Positions 62,999 through 64,000 of a DNA stretch of 64,000 nucleotides are shown here, piece after piece (within the stretch, counting starts at the first letter, position 1; every line of letters starts with the position of its first letter). A program made the position numbers and the translations under genes. Location: NCBI GenBank assembly GCA_964270895.1, contig OZ185435.1. One strand, 5' to 3'. The DNA comes from Podarcis filfolensis. Its lineage: Eukaryota. Below the pieces are notes generated by a model, which ran no database searches, was not told the DNA's origin, and saw nothing but the letters and a program-made list of their open reading frames with translations.

Positions 62999-64000
62999 TC
63001 TGAGAAAGCTGCATGGGGCAATTACGTAACAGAAATGTTAACAGCAGCAGAGGCAAAGGACCTATGTGGATGTAGCTTTTAATTAAAGTGGTAGCAGGTA
63101 CAATTAAATGCTGATTTGAGATACCAAATTTACTGGGGTTTTGTGGGGGCTTCCCCAGAAAGTCCCACTGATAGTCCCACAGATTGCACAGCAGCAGCTC
63201 TGCAAGCTCCAGCAAGCATCAACCGCTTGCCGGCTTGTGATTCCAGGTTGCTAAGCAAAGCACACCTTTGGCGCCTTGCTACAGGCTCATACAACGGCAT
63301 GCTGCAGCAGTGGCTTTTCACAGAGCGCCTGCGTGTTTCAGGAAACAGTTTTCCCTCTGCAACGCAAGCTCACAAAAGGATGTGATGCTTTGCGAAAAGC
63401 CACTCTCCCCGTTCCTTTGTCAGCAGCGTAAAGATGCCAGAAAAAATCCAGCGCACATCCATCGTTGCAAAACTCGCCGAACATGAGTTACGATTCCTGT
63501 CTCCTGCATCTGTCCTTTGCTGATGTAGAACAAGACAGGAAATCTGCGGTTGAGGTTCACGCTGATGTTGTCTTACATCTGGCACACAGTTCTATGGTAT
63601 TCTGAACTAAGACCCTACTACTCTTTATCACTAATCATTCCCACCTCCACCATCAAGATACATTCTGAAACCCAAGAAGACGCAAAGGGAAAGGGAAGGA
63701 GAAGGACAAGGACAAGGAGTTGATCTAACTCATTCTAGGGGTTGGGTATACAAAACTATTCATGCATTAATTCCATCTCATTCCAAGTGCTTTGTATTAA
63801 CCTGTCTTTTTACTACAACGCTCCATATAGGCTGACTCGTTTTGCTTAGCTTTTCCTCTTTTAAAAAAATTGGTTTTGGAATCTGCTTATCTAGAGCAAA
63901 GTTGGGCTAGCTAATGAATACAGGTAGCAGTGTAGCATACCACATACGTTTGCCAAATGTATGACAGCATCAGGATGGAGCCTGACCTCTCTACTTCCTG

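Noticed and set aside
1-64000. PPP1CA, POLD4 or other syntenic neighbours; scattered AP-1 heptamers
   Set aside because: No matching coding sequence was seen. AP-1 7-mers occur at roughly chance frequency.

Overview
Vertebrate genomic DNA, very probably from a lacertid lizard: the Sauria/Squam1 SINEs, CR1, L2, L1 and the Tigger-like and hAT MITEs are of squamate type. It is not prokaryotic. The only securely identified gene is RAD9A (9-1-1 checkpoint clamp). Its six 5' coding exons lie on the minus strand (4862 down to 202; the gene continues off the left edge). They splice in frame to [190 protein letters not shown]. The promoter is a CpG island at about 6.7-7.4 kb. A short plus-strand phase-1 exon at 30721-30748 (MLCVAGGGP) is the probable first exon of CLCF1, the head-to-head neighbour of RAD9A in mammals. 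I could not find CLCF1 exons 2-3 in the window. The rest is intergenic or intronic DNA with a 2-kb frameshifted CR1, many SINEs and MITEs, microsatellites, two more CpG islands (about 43.4-44.5 kb and 55.2-55.9 kb) and a 158-N assembly gap. Almost all ORFs in the track are chance ORFs. I found no clearly new biological system. The best leads are regulatory and all are hypotheses: an orphan bidirectional housekeeping-type promoter inside the presumed CLCF1 intron, a uORF plus hairpin in the RAD9A leader, a MITE family carrying the ZNF143/THAP11 motif, an IL6-like enhancer motif cluster, a duplicated 43-bp module, and an unrecognised dispersed tandem motif.
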